Of a stretch of DNA of 36,047 nucleotides, positions 26,516 to 34,729 are shown in pieces. A program made the position numbers and the translations under genes. Origin of the DNA: a virus (taxonomy: Duplodnaviria; Caudoviricetes); IMG/VR virus record IMGVR_UViG_3300016666_000422, positions 1 through 36,047 of that record; one strand, given 5' to 3'. The first letter of the stretch is position 1, and every line of letters begins with the position of its first letter. The notes beneath the pieces were generated by a model. It made no database searches. It was not told the origin of the DNA and saw nothing but the letters and a program-made list of their open reading frames with translations.

Positions 26516-27783
26516 TCGGCCCGATTATTTCTGACACAGTGGGTTATGTACAAAACGCCGTCGAGCGCACGCTGCGTGACGCCGCATACCCCAGCCCTGT
26601 GTTTCGCATCACCGTAGATGGCGAAAGCATCGCCCACAAAATCAGCCCACGCCTGATTAGCCTGGAGCTAACCGACAACCGTGGGCTTGAAGCGGACCAA
26701 CTGAGCATCACCCTTAGCGACCACGACGGCCTGCTTGCCATGCCCGCCAAAGGCGCATTGCTGCGGCTTTGGCTCGGCTGGAGCGACACCGGGCTGGTGG
26801 ATAAAGGCAGCTACATCCTCGACGAAATCGAACACAGCGGTGCACCGGACACACTTAGCCTTCGCGCCCGATCGGCAGACCTGCGCAAAGGCTTTAAAAC
26901 CAGACAAGAACGCAGCTGGACCAACACAACCCTGGGCGACGTGATCAACGATATTGCCCTGAGCAATGGCTTGAAACCGGCCATCGCGCAGAAACTGGCG
27001 GGCCTGATCATCCTGCAGCTTGACCAGGCCAATGAGTCCGACGCCAACCTGATCAGCCGCCTGGGTGAAGAGTTCGACGCGGTGGCCAGCGTCAAAGCTG
27101 GATGCCTGCTGTGCATGCCAGCAGGTGGTGGCAAGTCCGTCACCGGCATCGCCCTGCCCCATATCACCTTGACCCGCGAAGACGGCGACCAGCACCGCTA
27201 CCTGCAAGCCGACCGCGACAGCTACGACGGCGTGCGGGCCTACTTTTACGACCTAAACAGCGCCAAAAAGCAGCACGCCATTGCCGGCGGCGGTGAAAAC
27301 CTCAAAGACTTGCGCCACACCTACAGCGACCGCCAATCAGCGCTGCGCGCAGCCCGTGCCGAATTCAACCGTTTGCAGCGTGGCAGTGCGACCCTCAGCT
27401 ACACCTTGGCTCGGGCGCGGCCCGACTTAATCCCTGAACTGACCTACACCCTGATGGGCGTTAAAGAGGAAATCGACGCTATCATCTGGTACGGCGGCAA
27501 CGTCCAGCACAACCTCAGCGCCGACAACGGCTACACCATGAGCCTGGAGCTGGAAAGCAAACTGCCCGAAGACTCGGTCGAGGATTTGGCGGAAGAAAAT
27601 CAGAAAACCTATACCGGGGTCATCGCCTACTACCGTGATGAAAAAACGGGTACGGAGAGGACCAGGACTGCCGGCGACCAAAGCAAACCAAGACGGCTGC
27701 TGTGGCTATACGCAAACACAAATACAGCGAAACGGGCGGTGGATCGGGAGTGGGCGCGGACACAGGAAAATAAGTCCAAATAA
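26512..27783 (+). CDS. gpD: Late control/baseplate hub protein D (P2 gpD)
   Basis: LTDNRGLEADQL, EHSGAPD, DQANESD. Confidence 0.94.
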   Translation: MIGPIISDTVGYVQNAVERTLRDAAYPSPVFRITVDGESIAHKISPRLISLELTDNRGLEADQLSITLSDHDGLLAMPAKGALLRLWLGWSDTGLVDKGSYILDEIEHSGAPDTLSLRARSADLRKGFKTRQERSWTNTTLGDVINDIALSNGLKPAIAQKLAGLIILQLDQANESDANLISRLGEEFDAVASVKAGCLLCMPAGGGKSVTGIALPHITLTREDGDQHRYLQADRDSYDGVRAYFYDLNSAKKQHAIAGGGENLKDLRHTYSDRQSALRAARAEFNRLQRGSATLSYTLARARPDLIPELTYTLMGVKEEIDAIIWYGGNVQHNLSADNGYTMSLELESKLPEDSVEDLAEENQKTYTGVIAYYRDEKTGTERTRTAGDQSKPRRLLWLYANTNTAKRAVDREWARTQENKSK

Positions 27784-27785
27784 AA

Positions 27786-27806
27786 CCCCCTACACATCGT
27801 AGGGGG
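27786..27806. terminator. Hairpin ending the late operon
   Basis: CCCCCTAC-acatc-GTAGGGGG directly after the D stop; A-tract on its left side suits minus-strand termination. Confidence 0.6.
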
Positions 27807-27821
27807 CTCCCCATCAATCGT

Positions 27822-27938
27822 TTACTTCGATGACTGTACAAGCGCCTCCATTATCCTCAGCACATCCTGCTGCTGATGCTCGCTCAACTCACAAAAAAGA
27901 TGCAAGAAAAGGGCTTCTAAGGCAGTAAAGGCTTTCAT
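27822..27938 (-). CDS. Small 38-aa hypothetical protein (not in ORF track)
   Basis: GGAG RBS; MKAFTALEALFLHLFCELSEHQQQDVLRIMEALVQSSK*. Confidence 0.5.
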   Translation of the reverse strand: MKAFTALEALFLHLFCELSEHQQQDVLRIMEALVQSSK

Positions 27939-28083
27939 CGTGCGTACTCCATTTTTTATGACGGGCACTGGGAAACTTAAAATCCCCCAGCTATTCCTAG
28001 ACCCCCATTCTCAGCACGTTTGAGTTTGGAAGCTTTATCCTTGCGTCCACCTGAACACATTGAGACAACTACTGCGTTTATGA

Positions 28084-28281
28084 TTACAGAACTACGGCTC
28101 CGGCAATCTGCTGTCCTGCGATAACACCGGGGTTTTTAACGCCGTAGTTGGGGCAAACCTTCGCTGAGACATCAATGGTGTGCTTGCAGGATTTAGAGGG
28201 TTTCAAAGCTATCGGTATTGCTCCTTTCGATCTCTGTGGAGACCGGCCATCGTGGTCGACGTCTTGCATTTGCTCATTCAT
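28084..28281 (-). pseudogene. Decayed zinc-ribbon membrane protein gene
   Basis: ALKPSKSCKHTIDVSAKVCPNYGVKNP: both CxxC pairs have lost one Cys; stop inside the following hydrophobic stretch. Confidence 0.55.
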
Positions 28282-28298
28282 GTTTGGCTATGGCCTGA

Positions 28299-28658
28299 TC
28301 AAGCGCTGCCCTTCGTCCAATTCGGATCTGCTGCTTTCGCGAACGCACAAGCCATTCGAAAAAGCACGTCGCGATCCGTTTCGTTGACATGCTCATAGAC
28401 AGCTAAGAACTCCACGATCTCTGTGCTGATGCTATCGGCTGACAGTGGCTTACGCTCACCAGTAACTACATAAAGTACATCAACCCCCTTTTGAGCTACC
28501 GCGGCCAGATAGACCGCGTCAGGGCTTCGGTCACCTTTTTCATAGTTGTACTGGCTGTTTTTAGATGCTCCAGCAACAGCCGCGAACTCAGTTTGATTAA
28601 AGCCCAAGCGCTCACGTTCTTCTTTGAGGCGGTCACCTATTCCCACATTTGTCTCCAT
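28299..28658 (-). CDS. Immunity repressor, XRE-family HTH
   Basis: IGDRLKEERERLGFNQTEFA...YEKGDRSPDAVYL...GVDVLYVVTG. Confidence 0.92.
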   Translation of the reverse strand: METNVGIGDRLKEERERLGFNQTEFAAVAGASKNSQYNYEKGDRSPDAVYLAAVAQKGVDVLYVVTGERKPLSADSISTEIVEFLAVYEHVNETDRDVLFRMACAFAKAADPNWTKGSA

Positions 28659-28730
28659 TTAGGCTTTGCAATCCTACAAACATAGGAAATACTTCGTCTG
28701 TTATCACACGAAACCACACGAAACGAGACT
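28659..28730. promoter_or_regulatory. Lysis-lysogeny switch region
   Basis: Between divergent regulators; TCCTA-N6-TAGGA (28672-28687) and tandem CACACGAAAC x2 (28705-28724). Confidence 0.6.
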
Positions 28731-28943
28731 ATGCCGAACGCATCCCACATCGAGCAAGCATGCCAAGAGGCCCGTGACCGTCTTAAGCGCCTCGGAATTT
28801 CGGCTAAAGACTGGGCCGAACAGCACGAGTTCAACCCCTCTACGGTCTACGCGGTTCTGAACGGACAGAAAAAGTGTTTGCGCGGGGAGGCTCATCGAGC
28901 AGCTGTTTTACTCGGTATTAAAGACGGTGTGATCACAAACTAG
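28731..28943 (+). CDS. Cox/Ner-like DNA-binding protein (BcepMu gp16-type)
   Basis: GISAKDWA...TVYAVLNG...RGEAHRAAVLLGIK; divergent from the repressor. Confidence 0.85.
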   Translation: MPNASHIEQACQEARDRLKRLGISAKDWAEQHEFNPSTVYAVLNGQKKCLRGEAHRAAVLLGIKDGVITN

Positions 28944-28972
28944 GGCCTCTGGCGCCAAGGAGATACCAGAAG

Positions 28973-29455
28973 ATGAAACGCCCAGTTCTAGGCACCCGAA
29001 AAGACGTGGTCAGTGCAGTGATTTGCAGCTATCCGGGTGGCCGTGCATATGCCGCTGCCGACCTCGGCATGAACCTCAAGAAGTTCGATAACCAGGCTTA
29101 CGAAAACGCCGGCAGCCGCCCTTTGACAGATGACCATATTTTCAGGCTTGAACAGCAAGCGGGGACGACCTTTCTACCTAACTACGTAGCCAAGATGTAC
29201 GGCGGCCTGTTTATCCCGCTGGCCGTACCTGACACGCTGGATAACGTCGAGCTTTTCAGCCGCTCTATCAAAGCCGCCGCCAGGCGCGGTTGTGTCGATC
29301 AAATCATAGAACAGGCGCTGGACGATGGCGTGATCGAAAAACAAGAAGCCGAGGCCATCATCTGCGCCATGAACCTTTACATGTCTGCCCGCTATGCCGA
29401 AGTGCTTGCGACCATTCAACTGCACAGTAAGCCTATCCAAGGAGTCCAAAGATGA
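28973..29455 (+). CDS. YmfL/CII-like phage regulatory protein
   Basis: YPGGR..AAA.LGM..KKFDN.AYEN; ALDDGVIE. Confidence 0.75.
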   Translation: MKRPVLGTRKDVVSAVICSYPGGRAYAAADLGMNLKKFDNQAYENAGSRPLTDDHIFRLEQQAGTTFLPNYVAKMYGGLFIPLAVPDTLDNVELFSRSIKAAARRGCVDQIIEQALDDGVIEKQEAEAIICAMNLYMSARYAEVLATIQLHSKPIQGVQR

Positions 29456-29465
29456 CCTTGCATCG

Positions 29466-29684
29466 TCAGCCCTTGCCAAGACGAGCCTTTATCTCCTTCA
29501 ACGCTGTGGAAACATCGTCAACGGCGAAGCGTATGTCCGCTGGCTTTACCGATAGTCCAGGAATGGTTCCCGAGACAGTCATTTTTGCGGTTTCCCTTCC
29601 TCGCATAATTTCCACAAGCGCTTCATATCGCTCTGCGAAACGGTGCATCAATTCTTCAACTTCCTTTTTCGAGTGAATAGCCAT
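29466..29684 (-). CDS. Small hypothetical protein (72 aa), antisense within the early operon
   Basis: AAGGAG RBS 7 nt before ATG 29684; helical protein-like sequence. Confidence 0.6.
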   Translation of the reverse strand: MAIHSKKEVEELMHRFAERYEALVEIMRGRETAKMTVSGTIPGLSVKPADIRFAVDDVSTALKEIKARLGKG

Positions 29685-29874
29685 GAACGAACTCCTTGAA
29701 GAAAACCGGGAACAACTCATTGAGCTGTTGGTAAAAGCACAGCAACGGCTGGATACCCTAAAGGAAACTGTCAGTAGGGCCAATGGCGACCTTGCAGGTA
29801 TGGATATACGTATCGCAATTGGCGATGCCATCACCCCGTTAAATATTGCCTTCGAAATTGCTGAGCCAATTTGA
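29683..29874 (+). CDS. Small hypothetical protein (63 aa)
   Basis: Amphipathic helical ORF ending 2 nt before the ogr ATG. Confidence 0.62.
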   Translation: MNELLEENREQLIELLVKAQQRLDTLKETVSRANGDLAGMDIRIAIGDAITPLNIAFEIAEPI

Positions 29875-29876
29875 GC

Positions 29877-30167
29877 ATGAGCACCTACAAGCTAGTTTGC
29901 CCTCACTGCCTATCACGCATGCGCATTCGCACCAGCGAGGGCACGCACATCTTTCTGCGCGTTGCCTACCTGCAATGCACGAATGAGGCCTGCGGTTGGT
30001 CGGTGCGCGCCGAATTTGAAATGACCCACGAAATGAGCCCCAGCGGTATGGCCAACCCCACGGTCAAACTGCCAATCGCCAATGTTGCTCAACGTCGTGC
30101 AGCGATGGCGACACCCACCGATCAACCCGACCTGCTGGAACAACTGGAAACGGGACGTGCGCTATGA
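29877..30167 (+). CDS. ogr: Ogr/Delta-family zinc-finger late-gene activator
   Basis: CPHC...YLQCTNEACGW...SPSG..NP; matching boxes at late promoters. Confidence 0.9.
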   Translation: MSTYKLVCPHCLSRMRIRTSEGTHIFLRVAYLQCTNEACGWSVRAEFEMTHEMSPSGMANPTVKLPIANVAQRRAAMATPTDQPDLLEQLETGRAL

Positions 30168-30276
30168 GTACGGCAACCGCCGAACGCGCCTCGTTACGCC
30201 CTAACCCTTAACCCCCCTTCTCCAGACCTGTGTGCAATGGGTTTGGGTGAGCTACGCCCGAAATTCGAGGTGGACC

Positions 30277-30510
30277 ATGAAACAGCCTGTTGAAATCAGC
30301 GCCGAACTGACGCGGCTAGAGGCCGAGTTACTACTTGCTGAACTGCGTAGCCGGTACAGCCAGGTACTTAACGACGTTTGGTACGCCGACCCATACCGGC
30401 TTATTCCCGAAGGCTTGCGTCATGGATCCATCCTCATCGCCATGCCTGTGATGGCAGCACAAAAGCGCCTGATGGGCGCGCTCACACACAGCCTCAGAGC
30501 AGTGAAGTAA
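30277..30510 (+). CDS. Hypothetical early protein
   Basis: GAGGTGG RBS before ATG 30277. Confidence 0.65.
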   Translation: MKQPVEISAELTRLEAELLLAELRSRYSQVLNDVWYADPYRLIPEGLRHGSILIAMPVMAAQKRLMGALTHSLRAVK

Positions 30511-30515
30511 TCGCG

Positions 30516-33236
30516 ATGAATATGGAACACAAGCTGCGTACTGAAGTGCTCAGGCGCCTTGAAAGCGACTACGAGCTTAAACACCGCTCGGGCACCGATT
30601 ACATGCGTGGTGGCATATGCCCTGCGTGTGGCAAAAAAGAGCTATACGCCCACCACTCCAACCCCTGGCTGATCATTTGCGGCAGAGAGGGGAAGTGCGC
30701 TCAAAGCTGGCACGTCAAAGAACTCTACGAGGATTTATTCGATGACTGGACTCAACGTGCGCCATCAACAGATCAGCATCCCAACGCGACAGCCCGTGCT
30801 TATCTGGAGTTTGCTCGGGGCTTTCGCTTTGAGCTGATTCAGGGCTGGTTTACCCAGGACTCGTTTTACTCTGCACAGCACAACGCTGGCAGCGCGACGG
30901 TACGATTCGCCCTGGAGAAAGGCGGTTACTGGGAACGCCTGATTGACCGCCCGCATCGCTTCGGTAAACAAAAGGCGCGCTTTAAACAAGGTGAAAGCTA
31001 CAAGGGAACGTGGTGGTGCCCACCCTGTGTCGATCTTATTGAAGCCAAAGAGCTGTGGATTGTCGAAGGCATTTTTGATGCCATTGCCCTGGTACACCAC
31101 AACATCGCCGCCGTCTCAGCCATGTCATCCAATGCCTTCCCCGAAGCATCCCTGAAAGAACTGTCGCGGCAACGCGGTGGCAAGTTGCCCAAGTTGATTT
31201 GGGCTTTGGATAACGAGCCCGGTGCACACCGCTACACCAAGCGTTGGGTGCGTATGGCCCGTGAACTTGGGTATGCCTGTGAAGCGGCGCAAATCCCGCA
31301 ACAGGACAACCGCAAACAAGACTGGAATGACCTCCACCAGCGCTGGGTGGTGATCGATGACCTGGGTAAACGTTCAGAGCGCGTCACCCATGATCTGAGA
31401 AATGCCCGATATCACGGTGCGCTGTTGATTGCTGAAGGTGCAGCCGAAAAAGGCGCGCTGATGTACGAATGGCGCGAGCGGCATGAATTTCACTTCGGAT
31501 TCGACAGCCGTTTGTACTGGTTCAAGATGGATCTGGAGAAATTCAACAAAGCCATGCTGGCCCTTGAGTCCTCTGAGCGCCAGGAAGACCAGTTACTCAA
31601 CGATAATCAGCGTCGCGATAAGGCGTTGCGCCAATGCGGTGGAGTTGTCGAAATCGCCAACTGCTACCCGCAGGCGCTGTATTTCCAGCGTAATGAAGTC
31701 ACGGACGAGTCCTGGTACTACTTTCGCATCGACTTTCCCCATGACGGTGGCAGTGTCAAAAACACCTTCACCGGTAGCCAGGTGGCAGCAGCCAGTGAAT
31801 TTAAAAAACGGCTGTTGGGCATGGCTGCCGGCGCGGTGTATACCGGCAGTGGCCAGCACCTCGACAAGATAATGAAAGACCAGCTTTTTGGCCTGAAGAC
31901 AGTCGAAACCATCGACTTTATTGGCTACAGCAAAAAGCACGGCAGTTATGTGTTCGGCGATATAGCGGTGCGCAACGGCGTGCTCAGCGAGGTCAACAAG
32001 GAGGACTACTTCGAGTTCGGCAAGCTACGGCTGAAGACCCTGCAAAAATCCAACCCAATGCACATCCAACGTGATGCCAAGGAGTACCGCGAGGACTGGC
32101 TGGCAATGCTATGGACGTGCTTTGGTGCCAATGGCCTGGTCGCGTTGACGTTCTGGTTTGGCTCGCTGTTCGCCGAGCAGATCCGGGCGCAGTACAAGTC
32201 GTTTCCGTTTTTGGAGGCCACGGGTGAAGCCGGCGCCGGTAAAACCACCCTGCTCACTTTCCTGTGGAAGTTGCTGGGACAGGAGAAGGAAGGGTTTGAC
32301 CCGTCAAAATCCACTCGTGCAGGCCGTCAGCGGGCGATGGGCCAAGTGTCCAATATGCCGGTGGTGTTGATCGAGGGTGACCGCAACGAGCCTGACAAGC
32401 TGCACGCCAAGGGCTTTGACTGGGATGAGCTGAAGGAGTTTTTCGGCGGCGGTACCCTGGGTACCAAGGGCATGAAGACTAGCGGCAACGAAACTTACGA
32501 GCCGCCGTTTCGCGCCACCATCGCTATCAGCCAGAACGCGGCTGTTAGCGCGTCTGAAGCAATCCTGACCCGTATCGTCAAACTGCATTTTGCGCGCCCT
32601 GCCGTCACCACAGAAAGCCGGATTGCCGCTGACAACCTGAACCAGGTCCCGGTCGAGCAGCTAAGCCACTTTCTGCTCAAGTCCGTGCGGGCCGAGCCGC
32701 AGGTGATGGCTAAGTTTGCCAAACGGGTGGTTGTGCATGAAGAACGCCTGCGCAAACTCAAGGACATCCGCGTTGAGCGGATCATCAAAAACCATAGCCA
32801 GATGCTGGCCCTGCTCGATTGCCTGCGGCTGATCTGCCCACTGGATGAAAACCAGCTGGCCACGACCCAGCAGCAACTGGTGACGATGGCCCTTGAGCGC
32901 CAATCGGCAATCAGCGCCGATCACCCGCTGGTAGCGGAGTTCTGGGAGGTCTACGACTACCTCGAAAGCCTTGGCGAAGGTCCGCAGGTCAATCACAGCA
33001 CCGACCCAAAACTGATCGCTATCAACCTCAACGAATTCGCCGAGAAGGCCAGCGAGCACCGTCAGAACCTGACCGACCTCAAGACCTTGCGCGCCCTGCT
33101 GGGCGACTGCCGCAGCCGAAAGCTGGTGGAAACCAACAAACCGACCTACAGCGCTGTGCGCGCTGCGCAGGCAGCAGGAAACCCTTTGTTCGACAAACCC
33201 AAAACCGTGCGCTGCTGGATTTTTCAGAGTGCTTAA
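30516..33236 (+). CDS. P4-alpha-like Zn-finger/TOPRIM primase fused to a P-loop helicase
   Basis: CPACGKKE...CGREGKC zinc finger; TOPRIM IVEGIFDA and ALDNEP; Walker A GEAGAGKTT; start moved to ATG 30516. Confidence 0.9.
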   Translation: MNMEHKLRTEVLRRLESDYELKHRSGTDYMRGGICPACGKKELYAHHSNPWLIICGREGKCAQSWHVKELYEDLFDDWTQRAPSTDQHPNATARAYLEFARGFRFELIQGWFTQDSFYSAQHNAGSATVRFALEKGGYWERLIDRPHRFGKQKARFKQGESYKGTWWCPPCVDLIEAKELWIVEGIFDAIALVHHNIAAVSAMSSNAFPEASLKELSRQRGGKLPKLIWALDNEPGAHRYTKRWVRMARELGYACEAAQIPQQDNRKQDWNDLHQRWVVIDDLGKRSERVTHDLRNARYHGALLIAEGAAEKGALMYEWRERHEFHFGFDSRLYWFKMDLEKFNKAMLALESSERQEDQLLNDNQRRDKALRQCGGVVEIANCYPQALYFQRNEVTDESWYYFRIDFPHDGGSVKNTFTGSQVAAASEFKKRLLGMAAGAVYTGSGQHLDKIMKDQLFGLKTVETIDFIGYSKKHGSYVFGDIAVRNGVLSEVNKEDYFEFGKLRLKTLQKSNPMHIQRDAKEYREDWLAMLWTCFGANGLVALTFWFGSLFAEQIRAQYKSFPFLEATGEAGAGKTTLLTFLWKLLGQEKEGFDPSKSTRAGRQRAMGQVSNMPVVLIEGDRNEPDKLHAKGFDWDELKEFFGGGTLGTKGMKTSGNETYEPPFRATIAISQNAAVSASEAILTRIVKLHFARPAVTTESRIAADNLNQVPVEQLSHFLLKSVRAEPQVMAKFAKRVVVHEERLRKLKDIRVERIIKNHSQMLALLDCLRLICPLDENQLATTQQQLVTMALERQSAISADHPLVAEFWEVYDYLESLGEGPQVNHSTDPKLIAINLNEFAEKASEHRQNLTDLKTLRALLGDCRSRKLVETNKPTYSAVRAAQAAGNPLFDKPKTVRCWIFQSA

Positions 33237-33380
33237 ACCGGTGTAACCAGAGGAGTGACACCCAGCATCAGCTTTGACTTTTTACCGCATTGATCAAATG
33301 ACACCGGCAAAGACCGGAAATTGAAGGGGTGTCGAGGAGTTCGTACCTCCCCGACACCAACCACTACTGAGGGCAACACC

Positions 33381-33662
33381 ATGCAAGCAGAGCACCAAAG
33401 CAATAGTAATCCGAAGGCTATCACATCGCCCGTCGAAGGCGCACAAGCAGCGCGGCACCTAATGGCTATAAGGATCGTTGGAACAGCGTTGTTTGATTAC
33501 CAGGTGCGGAAAACCGCCGATGCGCGGATCCGACTCGAATCTCTCACCAGCATGGCCCACCAGCTGGGTGACCTCACAGCAAACGAAGCAGCTGTCGTGA
33601 CTCAGTTGCTGAACAAAAAACTCTATTTGGAGCAAGCGCATGAGCAGTCGTTATTTTTATAA
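33381..33662 (+). CDS. Hypothetical early protein
   Basis: GAGGG RBS before ATG 33381. Confidence 0.65.
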   Translation: MQAEHQSNSNPKAITSPVEGAQAARHLMAIRIVGTALFDYQVRKTADARIRLESLTSMAHQLGDLTANEAAVVTQLLNKKLYLEQAHEQSLFL

Positions 33663-34245
33663 AACAGCCGCACCTGGTCCAGTTGTAATTGTTCGTCATT
33701 TTTACGAACAAAAGGACGCCCAACTCGAAGCAATGAAACATCTTGGCAAGCTGTTGGGTGGCCCAATCGCCCCAATGTACGACATCACAGGCCATTTTGC
33801 CGGTGGGGTGAAACTTCCTAATAGCCACGAACTAGACGTGCATTGGCGTCGTCCTGATGAGTACGGTTACCGGTCATTGCGGCAAAACGCGAAGCCGCCG
33901 AAAGGCACCAACAAAGATGATAGAGCAGCCATACGTGAGGAACATAAGCGCTTGATGACACTCTGGGCCGAAAATTGCCCTCCTCGGTTGAGTGCCCATA
34001 AGTACTGGGATCAGTTAGGCGTTAATACCGGAAATCTAATGCTCTCAGGGGGAGTAAAATTTGAAGCAGAAGGTGTGGCTTACTTCAATCTAGGTTTCGA
34101 TATTAAAGAGTCAGACCACCTTGCCAATGTTGAAGCCGGCAAACCGTCTGCTGGTTGGATTGCCGGAGCAGTCGAGATAACCGCCAGTGAGTACGAGGTC
34201 GCGAGGCGTCTGAAGGTCAACGGTAAGGCGATGACCAATGCGTGA
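33640..34245 (+). CDS. Hypothetical phage protein
   Basis: GGAG RBS; 201-aa ORF overlapping both neighbours. Confidence 0.75.
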   Translation: MSSRYFYKTAAPGPVVIVRHFYEQKDAQLEAMKHLGKLLGGPIAPMYDITGHFAGGVKLPNSHELDVHWRRPDEYGYRSLRQNAKPPKGTNKDDRAAIREEHKRLMTLWAENCPPRLSAHKYWDQLGVNTGNLMLSGGVKFEAEGVAYFNLGFDIKESDHLANVEAGKPSAGWIAGAVEITASEYEVARRLKVNGKAMTNA

Positions 34246-34456
34246 CTCCCGCGTACAGGACAAGTTCGTTATCCGCCTGCCCGATGGCTTACGCCCAGAA
34301 ATCGCCGCTGTAGCTTCTAGGAATCAACGAAGCATGAATGGCGAGATAATCAATCGACTGGAGCGCTCGCTCACCTTGGAGCTGGTTCTCGACCAAAAGA
34401 ACAGGGTAATCGCTCAATTGCTAAACCGGATTACTGAACTGGAAGCCAAACATTGA
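34238..34456 (+). CDS. Arc-family ribbon-helix-helix regulator (AmrZ-like)
   Basis: DKFVIRLPDGLR..IA......RSMNGEII.RLE.SL. Confidence 0.9.
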   Translation: MRDSRVQDKFVIRLPDGLRPEIAAVASRNQRSMNGEIINRLERSLTLELVLDQKNRVIAQLLNRITELEAKH

Positions 34457-34728
34457 AAACTCTTTTTGTTCTGATGGCCCAATACAACGGACAGGTGGTG
34501 ATCCCACTAGATAGGTTGTGCAAGGACTACTTCACCCACCTGACCACCAATATGTTTGAGCGCAAGGTAATGGCAGGCCTGATAAAAATCCCGATCACAC
34601 GGATGGAAGCAAGCCAGAAAAGTGCTAAGGGCGTGCATATATCAGACTTGTCCGTATATCTGGACGGTCAGCGCGCTGCCGCGCTGAAGGAGAGTCTCCA
34701 ACTCAACAGCGCCCCCCGTAGCAATTAA
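34453..34728 (+). CDS. PrtN-family DNA-binding protein (probable excisionase/RDF by position)
   Basis: TLFVLMAQY...IPL...CKDYF.HL...SQKSAKGVH..DL..YLD; convergent on the integrase. Confidence 0.85.
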   Translation: MKTLFVLMAQYNGQVVIPLDRLCKDYFTHLTTNMFERKVMAGLIKIPITRMEASQKSAKGVHISDLSVYLDGQRAAALKESLQLNSAPRSN

Positions 34729-34729
34729 T

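Noticed and set aside
4025-27783. Interpretation as an R-type tailocin
   Set aside because: Capsid, terminase, portal, cos, integrase and replication genes are present, so this is a prophage.
29452-29676. 74-aa plus-strand ORF coupled to the YmfL-like gene
   Set aside because: Ser/Thr-rich antisense of the better-supported minus-strand ORF. It has an AAGGAG RBS and ATGA overlap, so its first codons may be a relic of a gene disrupted by the insertion.
30164-30270. ATG-coupled fragment after ogr
   Set aside because: Stops after 15 codons; possibly a deletion remnant but unsupported.
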